A DNA stretch of 63,119 bases, filler included, from Octopus bimaculoides (Eukaryota), in NCBI RefSeq assembly GCF_001194135.2. It is 4 parts of 4 records of this genome, joined end to end, with 100 filler letters (N's around TTAATTAATTAA, not from the genome) between each part and the next. Parts side by side here need not be neighbours in the genome. Positions count along the whole stretch, not along the records: positions 1 to 29,927 come from NC_068987.1; positions 30,028 to 58,388 come from NC_068982.1; 2 more parts are not named here. One strand, written 5' to 3'. Of the stretch, positions 23,205 to 36,729 are shown one piece after another. Numbering within the stretch: position 1 is the stretch's first letter; each line of letters begins with the position of its first letter. Made by a program: the position numbers and the translations under genes. Under the pieces are notes generated by a model. The model was not told where the DNA came from, ran no database searches, and was given only the letters and a program-made list of their open reading frames with translations.

Positions 23205-26120
23205 TACTTAGATGGAAAACTTCTGGAAAGTTTTACAGATTTTTACAGTTCCAGTGATGGCTTAGATTTGCAATCTTCGAATTAGCTTTATCCTTTCTAA
23301 TTTTGAGAAGCCTAATTTCTCAAGAGTGATACTTAGGCAGTGTGTTACATATCCCAATGCCCCCCAAATTGGGATATGTAACTTGTTATCTGGATAGAGT
23401 AACTGTAGATTTCTCAATGGTTCAGTGTAAGTATTCTCTTTATCACTGATCTTCAGCTTTATGTTAACATCTGCTGGGCAGCTAATTTCCACAGTTTCTC
23501 TTTTCAATCCCAAATCATTATATCAGGTTTATTGTTCTTACATCATATTAAGGTTTTCATTGGGACATTCCACCAGTACTCTGTTTTATTTTAAGTGGCT
23601 ATGGCTTCTATCATACTGTACGTCGGGGTTATCCTTCCGACGTATTTCATTATATAGTGTCCTAGTTATATCATGTCTCATCGGGAGATAATACCGTAAT
23701 GAAATTTTCGGATAACTGCTTATGATATAGAAGATATTTTCGATGTTAACTCCACAAAGTCTGCATCGGTTGTCACATTTTACAGCTTTTCGTGCATCTC
23801 CGTCCCTTTTGTGCATCAGGTATTTGGTTGATATTTCCTGTTCCCGGATTTCAAACGCATACCCTTCAAAGTAGGAGGTAGTAATCCGGTTGTTGCTTCA
23901 TGATAGACTGCCTTGATGATCAATGTTACTATCGTCTCAGAGCTTTCTACTAACCTATCCATGCATGGGGTCTTCTGCTCATATACGCTCATCCTTTCAT
24001 TTGATGTTATAAAGCAGCAGAGTCGAGCGACTTCTTTGATCATGTATTTAAGGGTATCAGACAAGGAATGCTGGCCAAGGAGCTGCCTTCCAAGTCTTAC
24101 AATGTTATCAGGCTCATGTATGAAAACTTGGTCAAGAGATGCACTTCGACACTTAGGGTTAAAATGATGTTGCCGAAGGGACATGATACGACATTCAAAG
24201 TCTCTGTAGCCTTGTTTTCCTTTTAAGTAGAAGGGGTCTACGTCACTGTTGATATGGAATTTATGTGTGCTTGTTAGTATCTTCCGGGTTTTCACATCAA
24301 TGGCTCGCATCTCACCAAGCATCAACTCAAGCAGCCCAAATGTCGGTATGAGTATTGGCACTATAAACACATTGTGGGTTACAATTTTATTGAATGTAGA
24401 AAGTTCTGAGGTCCAAAGTTTCTTTATTCGGTTGCAATATTCTTTAGTGACAGGTGATTTTTTTACAAGTGTCATTGTAAGATATGTTTTCATCCACTCC
24501 TATATACCTATAACATTTCCCATCAGATATAGGGGAAGCAGTTAAGTCATTGATTGAGATGTTGCTAGTCTGGTTTAAAATTCTCCCTTTTTTTCACAAC
24601 CATAAAGCAACATTTCTCCTGACAAAATTCTAGCCCTATATCCTCTGAGGATGTTGTAACTAAACCAAGGCTCTTTTCCATCTCATGCATATTCTTTGCA
24701 TGTAGTTTCAAGTCGTCAACAAAGAAACAGTAATTTTGGTATTTCTGTTTCCTTGTGAACCAATTAGATATCGTTTAGACTTCCTTAACATGAATGACAA
24801 GGGGTTTACAGAAAATATAAACACCATCATAGAGAGGCTGTCCCGTTGGAATATGCCCCTGCGATACTGTATTCTATCAGTCATAATACAGTCATTTCTT
24901 GTGGCCTATGATGAAGTCAGATCAGCTATGACTTTGACTATGCTTACTGGAACTTTAGCAAGTTGAAGGGCTTCTAGCATCCATAAGTGAGGAACAGAGA
25001 TAAAGGTTTTTTTGTAGTTTAATCACATTGAAACTAGATTCATTATATGCTCCCGTACGTCTGGCATTACAGTTGTGTTTATTAACAATTGCTCGGCGCA
25101 TCCCCAGACTCCCTCCTTCCCAGCTGTGATGATGTTATTGCTTTCTCAATGGTCTTGGAGGAAGAAGTTTAAACATGCTGTATATATTTTATACATTAAG
25201 CCTGACATGCAATTGGCTGGTAATTTATTGCCATGTGGGTGGTTCTGCATTTGGGATCAGTTTTGTCTATGCCAGAGCTAACCAGTGTGCTATGCTATTG
25301 TTCCCATTGAGAGCCTGCTGGTATAGGTTCATAAGATATGGTCGATGCAAGGTTAGTTTCTTGTATACCAATATCCAACAATGAAGTCTCGTCCAGGTGC
25401 TTTTCCATCCTGAAGTCTCTGGATCACAGTTACAAGAGTATAACCATCAATACTGCATAGGTGTAATGAGGGGACAATAACTTCTTCGAATTTCTTCAGT
25501 CACAGAGCATCTTGGTTAAACTCTTTTTCTTCCCTCCAGAAGGAGTCTGTCTTCCCGTTAAGGAGCTTCTGTGATGGTTACTGCTTCTCCTCTCGTGCCT
25601 CTGTATATTGCTGCCTGGTTCCGGTTAATTCTTTTAGTTTATTGTTTTACTTAACAGTTATTCTCTTCTGGTGTCTGGGTTTCTTACTGCCAGCTTTTAG
25701 CTCCTGTTTGAGGGTGATTAGTTTGCAAATGAGTGTCCCGCTTTCTGCTGTCTCCAAACATCACTCCTATCTCCTTCTTCACTTTTTGTTGTTGAGACGT
25801 ATAGTGATTTGCTTGTTTGCACGCAATAATCATCATCACATGGCTGATGGCCTTCCGTAAATCAGCTGTCTGTCTTTCTATCTTCAAATCTCATGAAGGC
25901 ACTTGCTTTGTTGTTTCGGTTTTGTTCACTTTTTGAATGTCATTCATGTACTGCTTTGCAGTAATAGACAGGGCATATAGACAGGCGTTAATCTGCCAGA
26001 ATGTGGATTCATTACACTGCTGTAAATACTCCTCTCCAATTTCATTAACAACTTTTAATACCGTATTTTGTGGCTTTTTACTTACTTTGGTAGAGACTGC
26101 CTTCTTGCGAGAGTACTTCA
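23205..26120 (-). pseudogene. R4/Dong-like non-LTR retrotransposon, ~2.9 kb decayed ORF (RT, CCHC, RLE)
   Basis: ORFs give RIKKLWTSELSTFNK...KTRKIL, RCRLCG...IISSYP...RHD (zinc knuckle) and ISCPADVNI...WGALG (restriction-like endonuclease), ending TGTVKICKTF. Confidence 0.85.
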
Positions 26121-26585
26121 CTACTACTACTACTACTACTACTACAATAATCGTTGCGGTTGTGCCTTCAATTTACCATAGTCGTAGTAGGAGGACAGTG
26201 GTCAGTTACTTTAGTCAGTAGTTTGGCTGGCAGGCAGTATAGAATTTGTTGGAATGTCGCTAACTGCGAAACCACGTTGTATTATACCATTTACGTTTCC
26301 GTTCATAATGTTGGGAAGAATGTTAATTTCAGGTCCGTTTTTAAATAAAGTTACAGTCACTAACTTTATTTTTATGTTCCACAAATGTTGCTTCTTGGCG
26401 TAGTTACTTCGCAGGAAAATGATTTAATTCTGGATGCAAGTCGTCCGAATATGATTTCAATCGATTCATATATCCAAAGAGTGGGGGTTTGGTTCGCTCT
26501 TTTGTAGCAGTTAAATAAATCAGAATTCAATTCATAACTCCAAGCAAAATGGGTTTTTTAATTACGGTTTCTTCTATAACTACAG

Positions 26586-26692
26586 CTAGAAAGAATCTGT
26601 TTACCAGTCGAGCTGTTGTTTGCGTTCTGTTCCTCGGTGTGTTGCTGCTGATGTCGTGTCTACCCACGTTGATTGTAGTAACTCTCTACATG
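26586..26692 (+). CDS. Candidate orphan exon encoding a hydrophobic (TM or signal-anchor-like) segment
   Basis: Pyrimidine tract plus CAG acceptor at 26583-26585, open frame RKNLFTSRAVVCVLFLGVLLLMSCLPTLIVVTLYM, GTAAAT donor at 26693. No homology recognised. Confidence 0.25.
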
Positions 26693-29600
26693 GTAAATTC
26701 AAGTTTCAATTGAAAATCATTACGATCGTGAATACAAGGCTCCCTCAGCTAATTTATCTGAAGATTAACCAGTTATTTAACTGGGTTAATAGTTGTGGCT
26801 CCAAAGTTGGAGATAGTATTCATTGTACTTTCGATAGTCTCCCACGTCAAATACGCGATTTGTCGCTTCGGGCTGATATATGTATGTATGTATGTATAGA
26901 CGTTAAAAAATTGTATTACATATTTACTCGGTTATAATCATTTCGTTAATTGGTAGACTTGTTAAATCGATTAACGAGCTGGGATATACAAACAAAAGAA
27001 ATTATGTAAAACCATACAATACTAAATTGCAATTAAGACCAGCTCCGAGAAGGAGAGATAATTTCAAGATTGAAGAATTCTTGTATGTTAACATGCCATT
27101 AACGAAAAAGGCAAACTTATTGTCTGAGTACAGACATGGACACGTGTTTTTCATTCAATAAGCACGACAGTTACCTAACCTGATCTCCAGTAGCGACTGC
27201 TCTGTTGTGGTTGTAATAATGGACCTACGCCCATGGTTGTAATGACAAATGCTTGCAATGACAAATTGTAGCTAAAAGTTGTTTGTAATGAGGTTGTAAG
27301 GAAGCACCTCAGTAATATTTTAATGATATTGGCCAGCTGTAGTTGTAATGAGACACTGCTGGTAGTTGAAGTGAGATCTCATTCACGGCTGTAGAGTGAC
27401 ACAACATAGTGCCGTTTGCAGCGAGATATTTCAGTGGTGTTTGTAATAACAATGGCCGTAACAGCACAGCTAAGTTGTGGTTATTATAGAAGCAGCGCAA
27501 AGCTATGGTGATGTGATCTTAGAAGTGTGCCTAATGACTCATCTATTGCTACTTGATTTAAAACAGCTTAGTTAGTGGTGGTATTAAATCAATCAAGTGG
27601 TGGTCTTAATGAAACAATTCACTATTGGTTGAAAGGAAATAATTTAGTGGTGATTGTAGTAATACAACTTTATAGAGGCTGTAATGAGTCCTGCATTTGT
27701 TCAGAGGCACTTGTAACACTTAAACCATGATAAAGCATGTACACTTCCCTACACCTTTGCTCTGGAAACTGACCTTCAAAGCGATTCTTCTAATGTTTAG
27801 ATCTTGGCAGCTTTTTGATACCTAGTGGATTCAGATTAATTTTGTCTTCGGTGAAATTCATGTGCAGACATTTCGTTCAGTCATTTGGACCTATTGATTT
27901 CTTATTCAACTTCATTTTTCTCTCTTTGCTGCCAACTAAATACACTTCCAGGATATCTCGTTATAGCAAAACATGTGTGGAACCTATTTTGAAGACAAGT
28001 AAAACGCTATTGCAACAGACATTATTCTGAGGATAAGAAAAGGCAAGATCGCCATTCTCGTCCTCCATTTTTCTCTTACAATTGAATACATTACTTATTT
28101 TTTACTTTAGCAAATACACATGGATACACGCATGCGCACGCACATATCTTTTATCCTTTACTTGTTTCAGTCACTGGACAGCAACCATTCTGGGACACCA
28201 CCTTGGCGGGTTTTGACTGGTAGTTGTTCCATCCGTCTCTTTTTCAGAACCGCTTACTTGCGGGAATGTAAAGAAACCAATATCACTTTTCAAAAAGTAG
28301 AGGTGAGGAAAAACACACGACAGACACAAACATCCACACACACACACGTGTGAAATCACACATTTTAATCTCTCTTTCTATATGTGTGTGTGTATGTGTG
28401 TGTGTGCGCATGTATGTATGTATGTATGTATGTATGTATACCACAGACTTTCTTAGTTTCCATCGCCCAAATTTACTGACAAGGCATTAGTCATCCTGAG
28501 GCAATAGTATAAGGCAATTGCCTTAAGTACCGCACTGTAGGACTGAACCCGAAACTCCGTGATTGCAGAGCGAGCTTCTTAATCATACAGTCATACTTGC
28601 ACCTATACATACATACACATGTATTAGTGTGTGTGTGTGTACATGTGTGTGCATGCGGGCATGTGCGTGCGCTGGCGTGTATGTAAGAAAAGGCATAAAT
28701 GACAGGCTGTACACATGTATTTGTGCACCGTAGACATACAGCTGTTTCTGATATGCATTTTAGGTGCATTCATAATTCCGTTTTCTCAATCGGTCGATTC
28801 TGACTTTTGAAAACATATCTCTGTCAAATTCAAGAATTGAGGAAACAAAAGCCAGTCTATTGCAAAACAAATCGATGTAATAAAAAATATTCTATCTAGC
28901 TCCATACTAGCTCTCGTTAAGAGATGAGATCAAGGAGATTCCAGCTATGATTATCCTGTCTTTATTGATTTATTAATTTTTTTTTTTTTCAGAAATTGCA
29001 TCCACTGAACTACGTTATTCTCAGTTTCTAAGATGGCAAGTTGTGATGTGAGGGCAGTTTGGCTATATTTTAAGCATATCCATCGATGAAACAGAGGCCA
29101 GTCCCATCACCTGTTTAAACACTGCGCTAAATATTGCATTATTTTGAAGTTTCAAAATGAATTTTTTATTTTGATTCATTGGATCAATATATTTAAAGAA
29201 ATATATTCACATTTCATTTATTTTCTTATGGAAACCTGAAAGCTTCAAACTCTGTTGCGAAATACATTTTTAGTATAAAGTGGAAGAACATTGCATAGAA
29301 TTTGGAATGATCTCCTCTAAAATCCACACAATATATCAGTAAGATGGAAGAATTATATTTTTATCTACTCGCGAAGATTATAAACGTGATCCAAGTTCTT
29401 TAATAATAGGAAACAAGATTGTTATTAAATGCCAGCATTTAAATTATTCTATTTTTTTCTAATTATCATGAACAAATAATTACATCAGCCTGAAATTGTG
29501 TGGCAGTGGTCTAAGTCAATTTCCTCGACCACACTAGTTGATAGGATGAAAGGCAAAGTCAACCTCAACGGAGTTTGAACTCAGAATGTAAAGACGGATG

Positions 29601-29971
29601 AAATGCCGCTTAGCACTTTCTCCGGCGTGCTAATGATTTAAAAGCTCACCGTCTAATAATACCAACTCAAAAAATTAATATAAGAAATCTAATGAAATAG
29701 GATAACTTATGAAATAGGATAAATAATATTAATCAAAAATAATCGAAAATATATCAACACTATTCCAATCGAAGTTCTAATATTATGTTGAAACGGAAAA
29801 ATTTGGATAAGTACTGTTTTCACTTTGCTAAAGATTTTCTACTATTTGAAAATAATATGTATTCTTGTTTTTATACTATTCATTTGGTTCTTTATAGATT
29901 ATTTTAATAGATAACTTATTTAACACTNNNNNNNNNNNNNNNNNNNNNNNNNNNNNNNNNNNNNNNNNNNN

Positions 29972-29983
29972 TTAATTAATTAA
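29972..29983. other. Assembly linker TTAATTAATTAA within 44N+12+44N
   Basis: The same motif flanked by N runs recurs at 58433-58444 and 61914-61925. Confidence 0.9.
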
Positions 29984-30027
29984 NNNNNNNNNNNNNNNNN
30001 NNNNNNNNNNNNNNNNNNNNNNNNNNN

Positions 30028-30190
30028 GTACAACCTGTTGCATGGTCGGGTCGTCGGCGACTAAACTGGCAACCCCACCAGGCTTGCTTGGTGAGGAGGG
30101 TGTTGTTGGACACCCTGCAAGACGAAAAATAAGACCTGTCAAAGGGCGGATGAACTCCTGAACTGTCAACGACCATCCAACAAAATGTCT
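30028..30190 (+). repeat. Dispersed repeat (possibly the 5' end of an RTE-like LINE)
   Basis: GTACAACCTGTTGCATGGTCGGGTC...CTAAACTGGCAACCCC...AAAAATAAGACCTGTCAAAGGGC recurs at ~32765-32940, 41060-41250 (+) and 41305-41497 (-). Confidence 0.75.
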
Positions 30191-30277
30191 GTAAATATGT
30201 ATACATACATACATACATACATACATACATACATACATACATACATCCATACATACACATACATACAGACATACATA

Positions 30278-30323
<46 letters not shown>

Positions 30324-31120
30324 AATACCACAATACAGTGGTGCTGCATTTGGGAGTTGGTATAACACCCATTGCAAAAGTTTGTTGCCAGTCCCTCCAG
30401 GATCATCTGTACTTATATCACTGCATATCTTTCCTGTCTTTGCTCTAGAGAGTAGAGTCATAATTTTTTCAGCCTCTCCTATAAACTCAACTGTCTCATT
30501 GATGCAATCTTCTTGGTGTAACGTCAAGTTTTGCTGTTAATATTTATCTGTGTTGTGTGTATATTTATGAGTATTTGTATGAATGTTTATGTTTACAGTA
30601 TACAAAAATATTTATGAATGTAGATTAATGCAATTAGTCTAAAACGTATGTTAATGTGTGTAAAAGTGAAAGTATATTTATCACCATCATCATTATTATA
30701 TATATACACATATGCATATATATATATGTATGTATGTATGAATGTATATATTTATGTATGTATGCATGTATATGTGTATGTATGCATATTACTCTTTTAC
30801 TTGTTTCAGTTATTTGACTGCAGCCATGCTGGAGCACCATCTTAAAGGGATTTTAGTCAAAGAAATTGACTGCAGAACTTATTCTTTGTAAGCCTAGTAC
30901 TTATTCTATCAGTCCGTTTTGCCAAACTGCTGAGTTACAGGGATGTAAACACACCAATATTGGTTGTCAAGTGATGGTGAGGGGCAAAATCCAGATACAC
31001 ATGCACATAAATATATATATATACACGCACACAGACACAGACACACACAACTTTTTTAGCTGCTATTTCTGAACTTCGGTATATGGTGAAGCAAATATTT
31101 GCTGATCCCTTAATTATGTT

Positions 31121-31215
<95 letters not shown>

Positions 31216-31813
31216 CCAGCTACATGGTTTCATGTTCAGTCCCACCGCGTGGCACCTTGGGCAAGTGTCTTCTGCTATAGCCCCGAACCGACCAAAGCTT
31301 TGTGATTGAATTTGGTAGGCGGAAGTTACTGCCGTGTGTGTATATGTCTGTGTATTTGCTTGTACCTCTCTCCCAGAGAGACAGAGAGAAGGATATATAC
31401 ACATGATGAGCTTCTTTCAGCTTCCATCTACCAAATCCACTCACAAGGCTTTCATTGGCCCAAGGCTATAGTAAAAGATCCTTGCCCAAAGTGTCATGCA
31501 GTGGGACTGAACCCAGAACCATGTGGTTGAAAAACAAGCTTCTTACCACACAGTCATACCTGCACCTACATATTTGCATGTATATATGTGTGTTTATGTG
31601 TGCATGTGTGCACACGTTCCTTTGACTAGTTTCAATCATTTTTATATCATTCTTGGACACCATGTTTAAAGATTTTAGCTGATCACATTGACTCCAATAT
31701 TTAGTCCAGTTTGGAATTTATTTTATTGAATTTCTTTGTTGAACAGCTAAGTCACAGGATATAAATGAACATAGTATAAACACAACTCTGATGAACTTGT
31801 GTAAACATATATA

Positions 31814-32573
31814 CAGCCTTGGCCAAAAGCATTAGGCCACCCCAGTGTTTTGGGGTTCTGCTATCTCAATGTTAATGAAACTTGTGCACATGATAGATTA
31901 TAGTATATTTCACAATATACATTAGTTTTAATATCTGGTAGATCCTCCTTTAGCATCAATTACCACTTTTATACTGTACTGTACATATGCAACCAATTAT
32001 GAGTATGACCAACGTCCAAAATTAACTTATGTTTCCTTGATTATTTCAGAGTTTTATACCAAAAATACGTTGTAGATACAGTTAATAAACAGTAAAATGC
32101 CTAAAACGAGAGATATGTGTGAGTGTGAGTGAGGTCAAATCATAGCTCATCATGAAGATGGAATGTTTCAGCAGCAAATTGCCCAGAAAATGAAATGTTC
32201 TCGATGTGCGGTGCAAATGACTCTCAAGCGCTTCAAAGAGACAAAAGATGTGAAGACAATACATAGAAAAGGTAGAAAAAAGGTTATATCACCTCGTGAT
32301 GACAGATCCATCATCCATTAGTCGCTCAGAAACAGGAGAAAAACATCGTTGGAGCTCTGTGCGGACTTCAACAAGGCAAGTACTTCACAAATATCAACCA
32401 TAACTGTTAGAAGAAGGCTTGTAGGGTACGGTCTGAAAGGCTGTTAAGCCAGGAAGAAGCTATGGGTTTCTGAAGCAAATATGGAAAAACGTCTTCAGTG
32501 GACCAAAAACCACTCAAATTGGACCAATGAGCAATGGTCGAAAGTCATATGGTCTGATGAAAGTAACTATGAA
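31814..32573 (+). mobile_element. Tc1-type transposon, 5' half
   Basis: TA then CAGCCTTGGCCAAAAGCATTAGGCCACCC terminus. Frame from ATG 32097 reads MPKTR...GRKK..SPRDDR...TVRRRL...WSKVIWSDES, with internal stops. Confidence 0.85.
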
Positions 32574-32684
32574 GTAAGATAGTACATGTATTCAATTAAC
32601 ATATAAACTTAATGTAACTGGTTTGTTGCCCAAAATATATAAAAAAGTATCCAACATAAAGCTAATATTATTTTATAATATTAG

Positions 32685-32725
<41 letters not shown>

Positions 32726-33139
32726 TTTATATATATATAAATATATATGTATGTATGTATGTCAAGTTGCTCTTGAGTGCTACTGGTACCATGTAGTCCA
32801 GTACAACCTGTTTCATGGTCAGGTCATCAGCGATTAAACTGGCAACCCCACCAGGCTTGCTTGTTGAATACCCTATGGGACAAAAAATAAGACCCATCAA
32901 AGAGTGGAGGAACTACAACGTAGTCAATGGCCATTCAACTACGTATGTTTTTGGAGTGTTTGTGTGTATGTGTTGTATATATTGCATTTTAAACTCTGTG
33001 TGTGTGTGAGCGAGGAGGAATGAAAGAACGAAGAGTGGAATGAACAAATAAGGGTGAAAGAGCTGATAGACAGAAATAGAGTCGCACAAGATTTAGAAAA
33101 TGTATACTTACATATAAGAGACAAAGTGTACATACGCCG

Positions 33140-33175
<36 letters not shown>

Positions 33176-33307
33176 CAAAATGGGACAAGAACTGGGTACA
33201 GGACGTTGCAAAAAAACGTGGACAAAATGATAAACAGAGTACACAAAACACACGGGCCACATAGAGAACATTTCCTTCATCAGCTGCCACCATTCTAAAA
33301 CTAAGCG

Positions 33308-33343
<36 letters not shown>

Positions 33344-33388
33344 ACATATACTTCAATCATTATTAATTGTGACTAAAGATGCTGGATT

Positions 33389-33774
33389 GCACCTATATTG
33401 CTAGAAATAAGAGATAAGACCCTTAGAACTGCAAGGGAGCATATTTTCATATACTGACAGGGAGATAACTGCTCATAAGCAAAGCTAAATCACTGGACTA
33501 GACTAGTTTCATCTGTAAAATTGCAGACTCATCAGCAGTGACTACTTCATCACCAAATGGCTTTGCTAAATCCAGACTGTCAGTAAATATATTTTCACAC
33601 AAATTCATGGCTGTGTTAATGAAATGCTGTGAAAATTATTACAAAATAATGTAGGCAGTTATACGCAATATCAAACCAAAAAGGAAAAGTTCAATTGTCA
33701 CTAACTGTGACAGAAGGTGAGATGTGACTTGCAGTTCTAAGGGTTTTAGCTCTCACTTCTAGCAATATAGGTGC
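33389..33774. repeat. Inverted-repeat-bounded element containing a hammerhead
   Basis: ~47-bp IR GCACCTATATTGCTAGAA...CCCTTAGAACTGCAAG (33389-33435) versus 33728-33774. Inner TACTGACAG/CTGTCAGTA pair. No TSD seen. Confidence 0.75.
33488..33543 (-). ncRNA. Type I hammerhead ribozyme, monomer-competent
   Basis: AGUCACUG-CUGAUGA-GUCUG-CAAUUUUA-CAGAU-GAA-ACUA-GUC-UAGU-C-CAGUGAUU: 8-bp stem I, 5-bp stem II, 4-bp stem III with triloop, GUC triplet. Confidence 0.85.
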
Positions 33775-33852
33775 TACCTAGTACCTGCCATTACAATTAG
33801 CAGTGATTGAATTTTTCTTTTTGGGTTTTATATTGAATATAGCTGCCTACGT

Positions 33853-33900
<48 letters not shown>

Positions 33901-34625
33901 GGAAGTATACATATAAGTAGATATACAGCTGTTAATGTTATGCTTTGAGCTCCAAGTAGATTTTCATAATCTACTCTACTTTTTGTATAGTCATTAATTA
34001 TCTACTATACTGGGCAGTATTATCAGTCTTGACATGGCGTGCTTTCCTAAATTTGTGGGCTAGCTTACTTATGGGTGTAGCATTAATGAGTACCACATAC
34101 CACATAAAATGGATCTTAAAAGAATCAATGTAATTAAAAAAATGAGCAGATCTATCAAAATTATGTAAATCATACCTATTTCTGAAGAACATATGTACTA
34201 GCAACAATTGAAGACTGTGTACAATCAACTCAGAGACAACTAGCAAAAATAATGATGCAGTGTGTCACAATGATGTGCATAGAAAGACAGTATAAGGATA
34301 CAACTACAACCTATATAGGAGAAATGAACCATAGTATAGGTCAAAGGATCAGAGAACACTAGTATGAGTACAATGAAAAGAAACAAGCATTCCCATTCCA
34401 CTAACATGCTAAACAGAAGTACAATGGATTATGCAATGTTGAAACAAAAAGTCTTTCCACACATTGGCTGTGTGGTTGTTAAGAAAGCATCTTTGCAACT
34501 TCGTGGTTCTGAGTTCAAATTCAATGGTGCTGTACCTTCAGCAAGTGCTTTCTACTATGGCCCCAGCCTGATCAAAGTCTTGTGAGTAGATCTGGTAACT
34601 GGAAACTGAATGAAACTCTTTGTAC

Positions 34626-34676
<51 letters not shown>

Positions 34677-34960
34677 TGTATATATGCTTGTGTAAGTGAT
34701 TGTGTGTGCATGTTTGCATCTCCTTGTCTTAACACTGTATGCTATTTGTAAGGCAAACAACGCCATTATATAAGCAGTGTCATTCATTTCCAATCTTCCA
34801 TGAAAACATATCCAGTTGTCATTCTGTTCATATTCGAAAAAGGCAAATTTTACTTTGCATAGAAACAGGTGAGGTTTGGTGACAAACACAGCATTTATTG
34901 ATAGAAAAATTTGCAAGCATGGAAAAATGGATCTTAAAATAAGAACAATGATGAGGATGA

Positions 34961-34991
<31 letters not shown>

Positions 34992-35197
34992 ACATACATA
35001 CATACATACATATATACATACATACATACACACATACATAAATACATACATACACACATATACACATACAAACACAGACACACACACATATACTCATGTG
35101 TGTGTATAGATATATATATATATTTATATACAGTGCTTGTTTCATTGAGAAATGTTTATATATGCATGCGTGTTTGTGTGTTTGTGTGTGTGTATGT

Positions 35198-35257
<60 letters not shown>

Positions 35258-35493
35258 NNNNNNNNNNNNNNNNNNNNNNNNNNNNNNNNNNNNNNNNNNN
35301 NNNNNNNNNNNNNNNNNNNNNNNNNNNNNNNNNNNNNNNNNNNNNNNNNNNNNNNNNNNNNNNNNNNNNNNNNNNNNNNNNNNNNNNNNNNNNNNNNNNN
35401 NNNNNNNNNNNNNNNNNNNNNNNNNNNNNNNNNNNNNNNNNNNNNNNNNNNNNNNNNNNNNNNNNNNNNNNNNNNNNNNNNNNNNNNNNNNNN

Positions 35494-35549
<56 letters not shown>

Positions 35550-36379
35550 GGATTGTTACATGATTTGATAAAGAGTGAAAAAATGCAAATGTTAATTAAT
35601 CTCCTTGACTCTTATGTGAAAGTTAATGGTTATGAAGTCTATTGATTTTTTTTTTTATGGATATCTGATAAACATTATACTTCTTTTCCTCATTAGCAAT
35701 CAATGGGCTCTAATTAAGAATAAGTTCAAGTTTCATGTAAAATGAAAGATTACAGCAAAAATTCAATTGCAAAATTTAAATGATTGTTTATTTGTTGTAT
35801 TCCTTTTCCTTTCAAACTGAAAATTGGTATTAAGCTTTCTCAGAGCATGACATTTATGTTTACTGGCAGCAGCTGGAGAATTCCCCATAACTACCATCCC
35901 CACCATTAAGCCATGCCGCCAAATCTCACAAGAACTGGTTCAACTAAAGACAGATTCAATCAAAAGGCCTTGTTGTAACAGCTGAACTCAATGAGCTTGG
36001 CCTGCAACAAATAACAGTTGAGGAGATAAAAAGATTTAGCTGCTATTACTAGTAGGCTGACTGACCACATAGAAGTTTCCTTCTTAGCTTGTTCTGAATC
36101 CAGTTCCTGATAAACTCTGTCACCAAAGTTATTAGCTGAAATCTGTAATTAAATGAGACTATAATATAATTTCCAGCTTGCTGCTTTGCTTACTTCCTAA
36201 TAACTTTTTCCTATCATAACAAAAAATAGCAACATCAACAATCCTGTAATGTTTCTACCTCCACATTGTGCCTGATTGATGAACTCATTTCCTTCTAGTG
36301 GATGAATTCCAGTAGTCGTGTTCGAATTCTTCCAAAAGAAGGAAATTGAATGACTTGTACAGCTCTCATTAACCACTCG

Positions 36380-36680
36380 TCTATCCCTAGCTTCCTCATT
36401 GACCACCTGATAAGGGATCGGGGTCCCTGTCAAAAGCTTTCTCCATGTCAACAAAAGCTTGGTACAAGGGTTTATCTTTGGCTAGGTATTTCTCTTGCAG
36501 CTGTCTTACCAGAAATATAGCATCAGTGGTGCTATTCCCTGGCACAAACTCAAACTGCATCTCGTCTAGACTGACTCTCTCCCTAATTAGTTGGGCTATG
36601 ACCTTCTCTGTGACTTTCATTACCTGATCCAATAACTTGATACTTCTGTAATTATTTGTATCTAATGCATCACCTTTACC
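36380..36680 (-). pseudogene. RTE-type LINE reverse transcriptase fragment
   Basis: GKGDALD.NNYRSIKLL...MQF.F.PGNSTTDAIFLVRQLQEKY...AFVDMEKAFDR. Confidence 0.9.
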
Positions 36681-36690
36681 NNNNNNNNNN

Positions 36691-36729
<39 letters not shown>

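Noticed and set aside
27180-27720. Recurrent GTTGTAATGA-like words
   Set aside because: Probably a highly decayed minisatellite. No consistent period, spacers or cas genes, so not CRISPR.
33235-33295. Minus-strand CTGATGAAGG motif
   Set aside because: No GAAA box or closing stems downstream.
34069-34181. Possible minus-strand exon (NRYDLHNFDRSAHFFNYIDSFKIHF...) with AG/GT borders
   Set aside because: No recognisable family, and such splice-like borders are common in AT-rich DNA.
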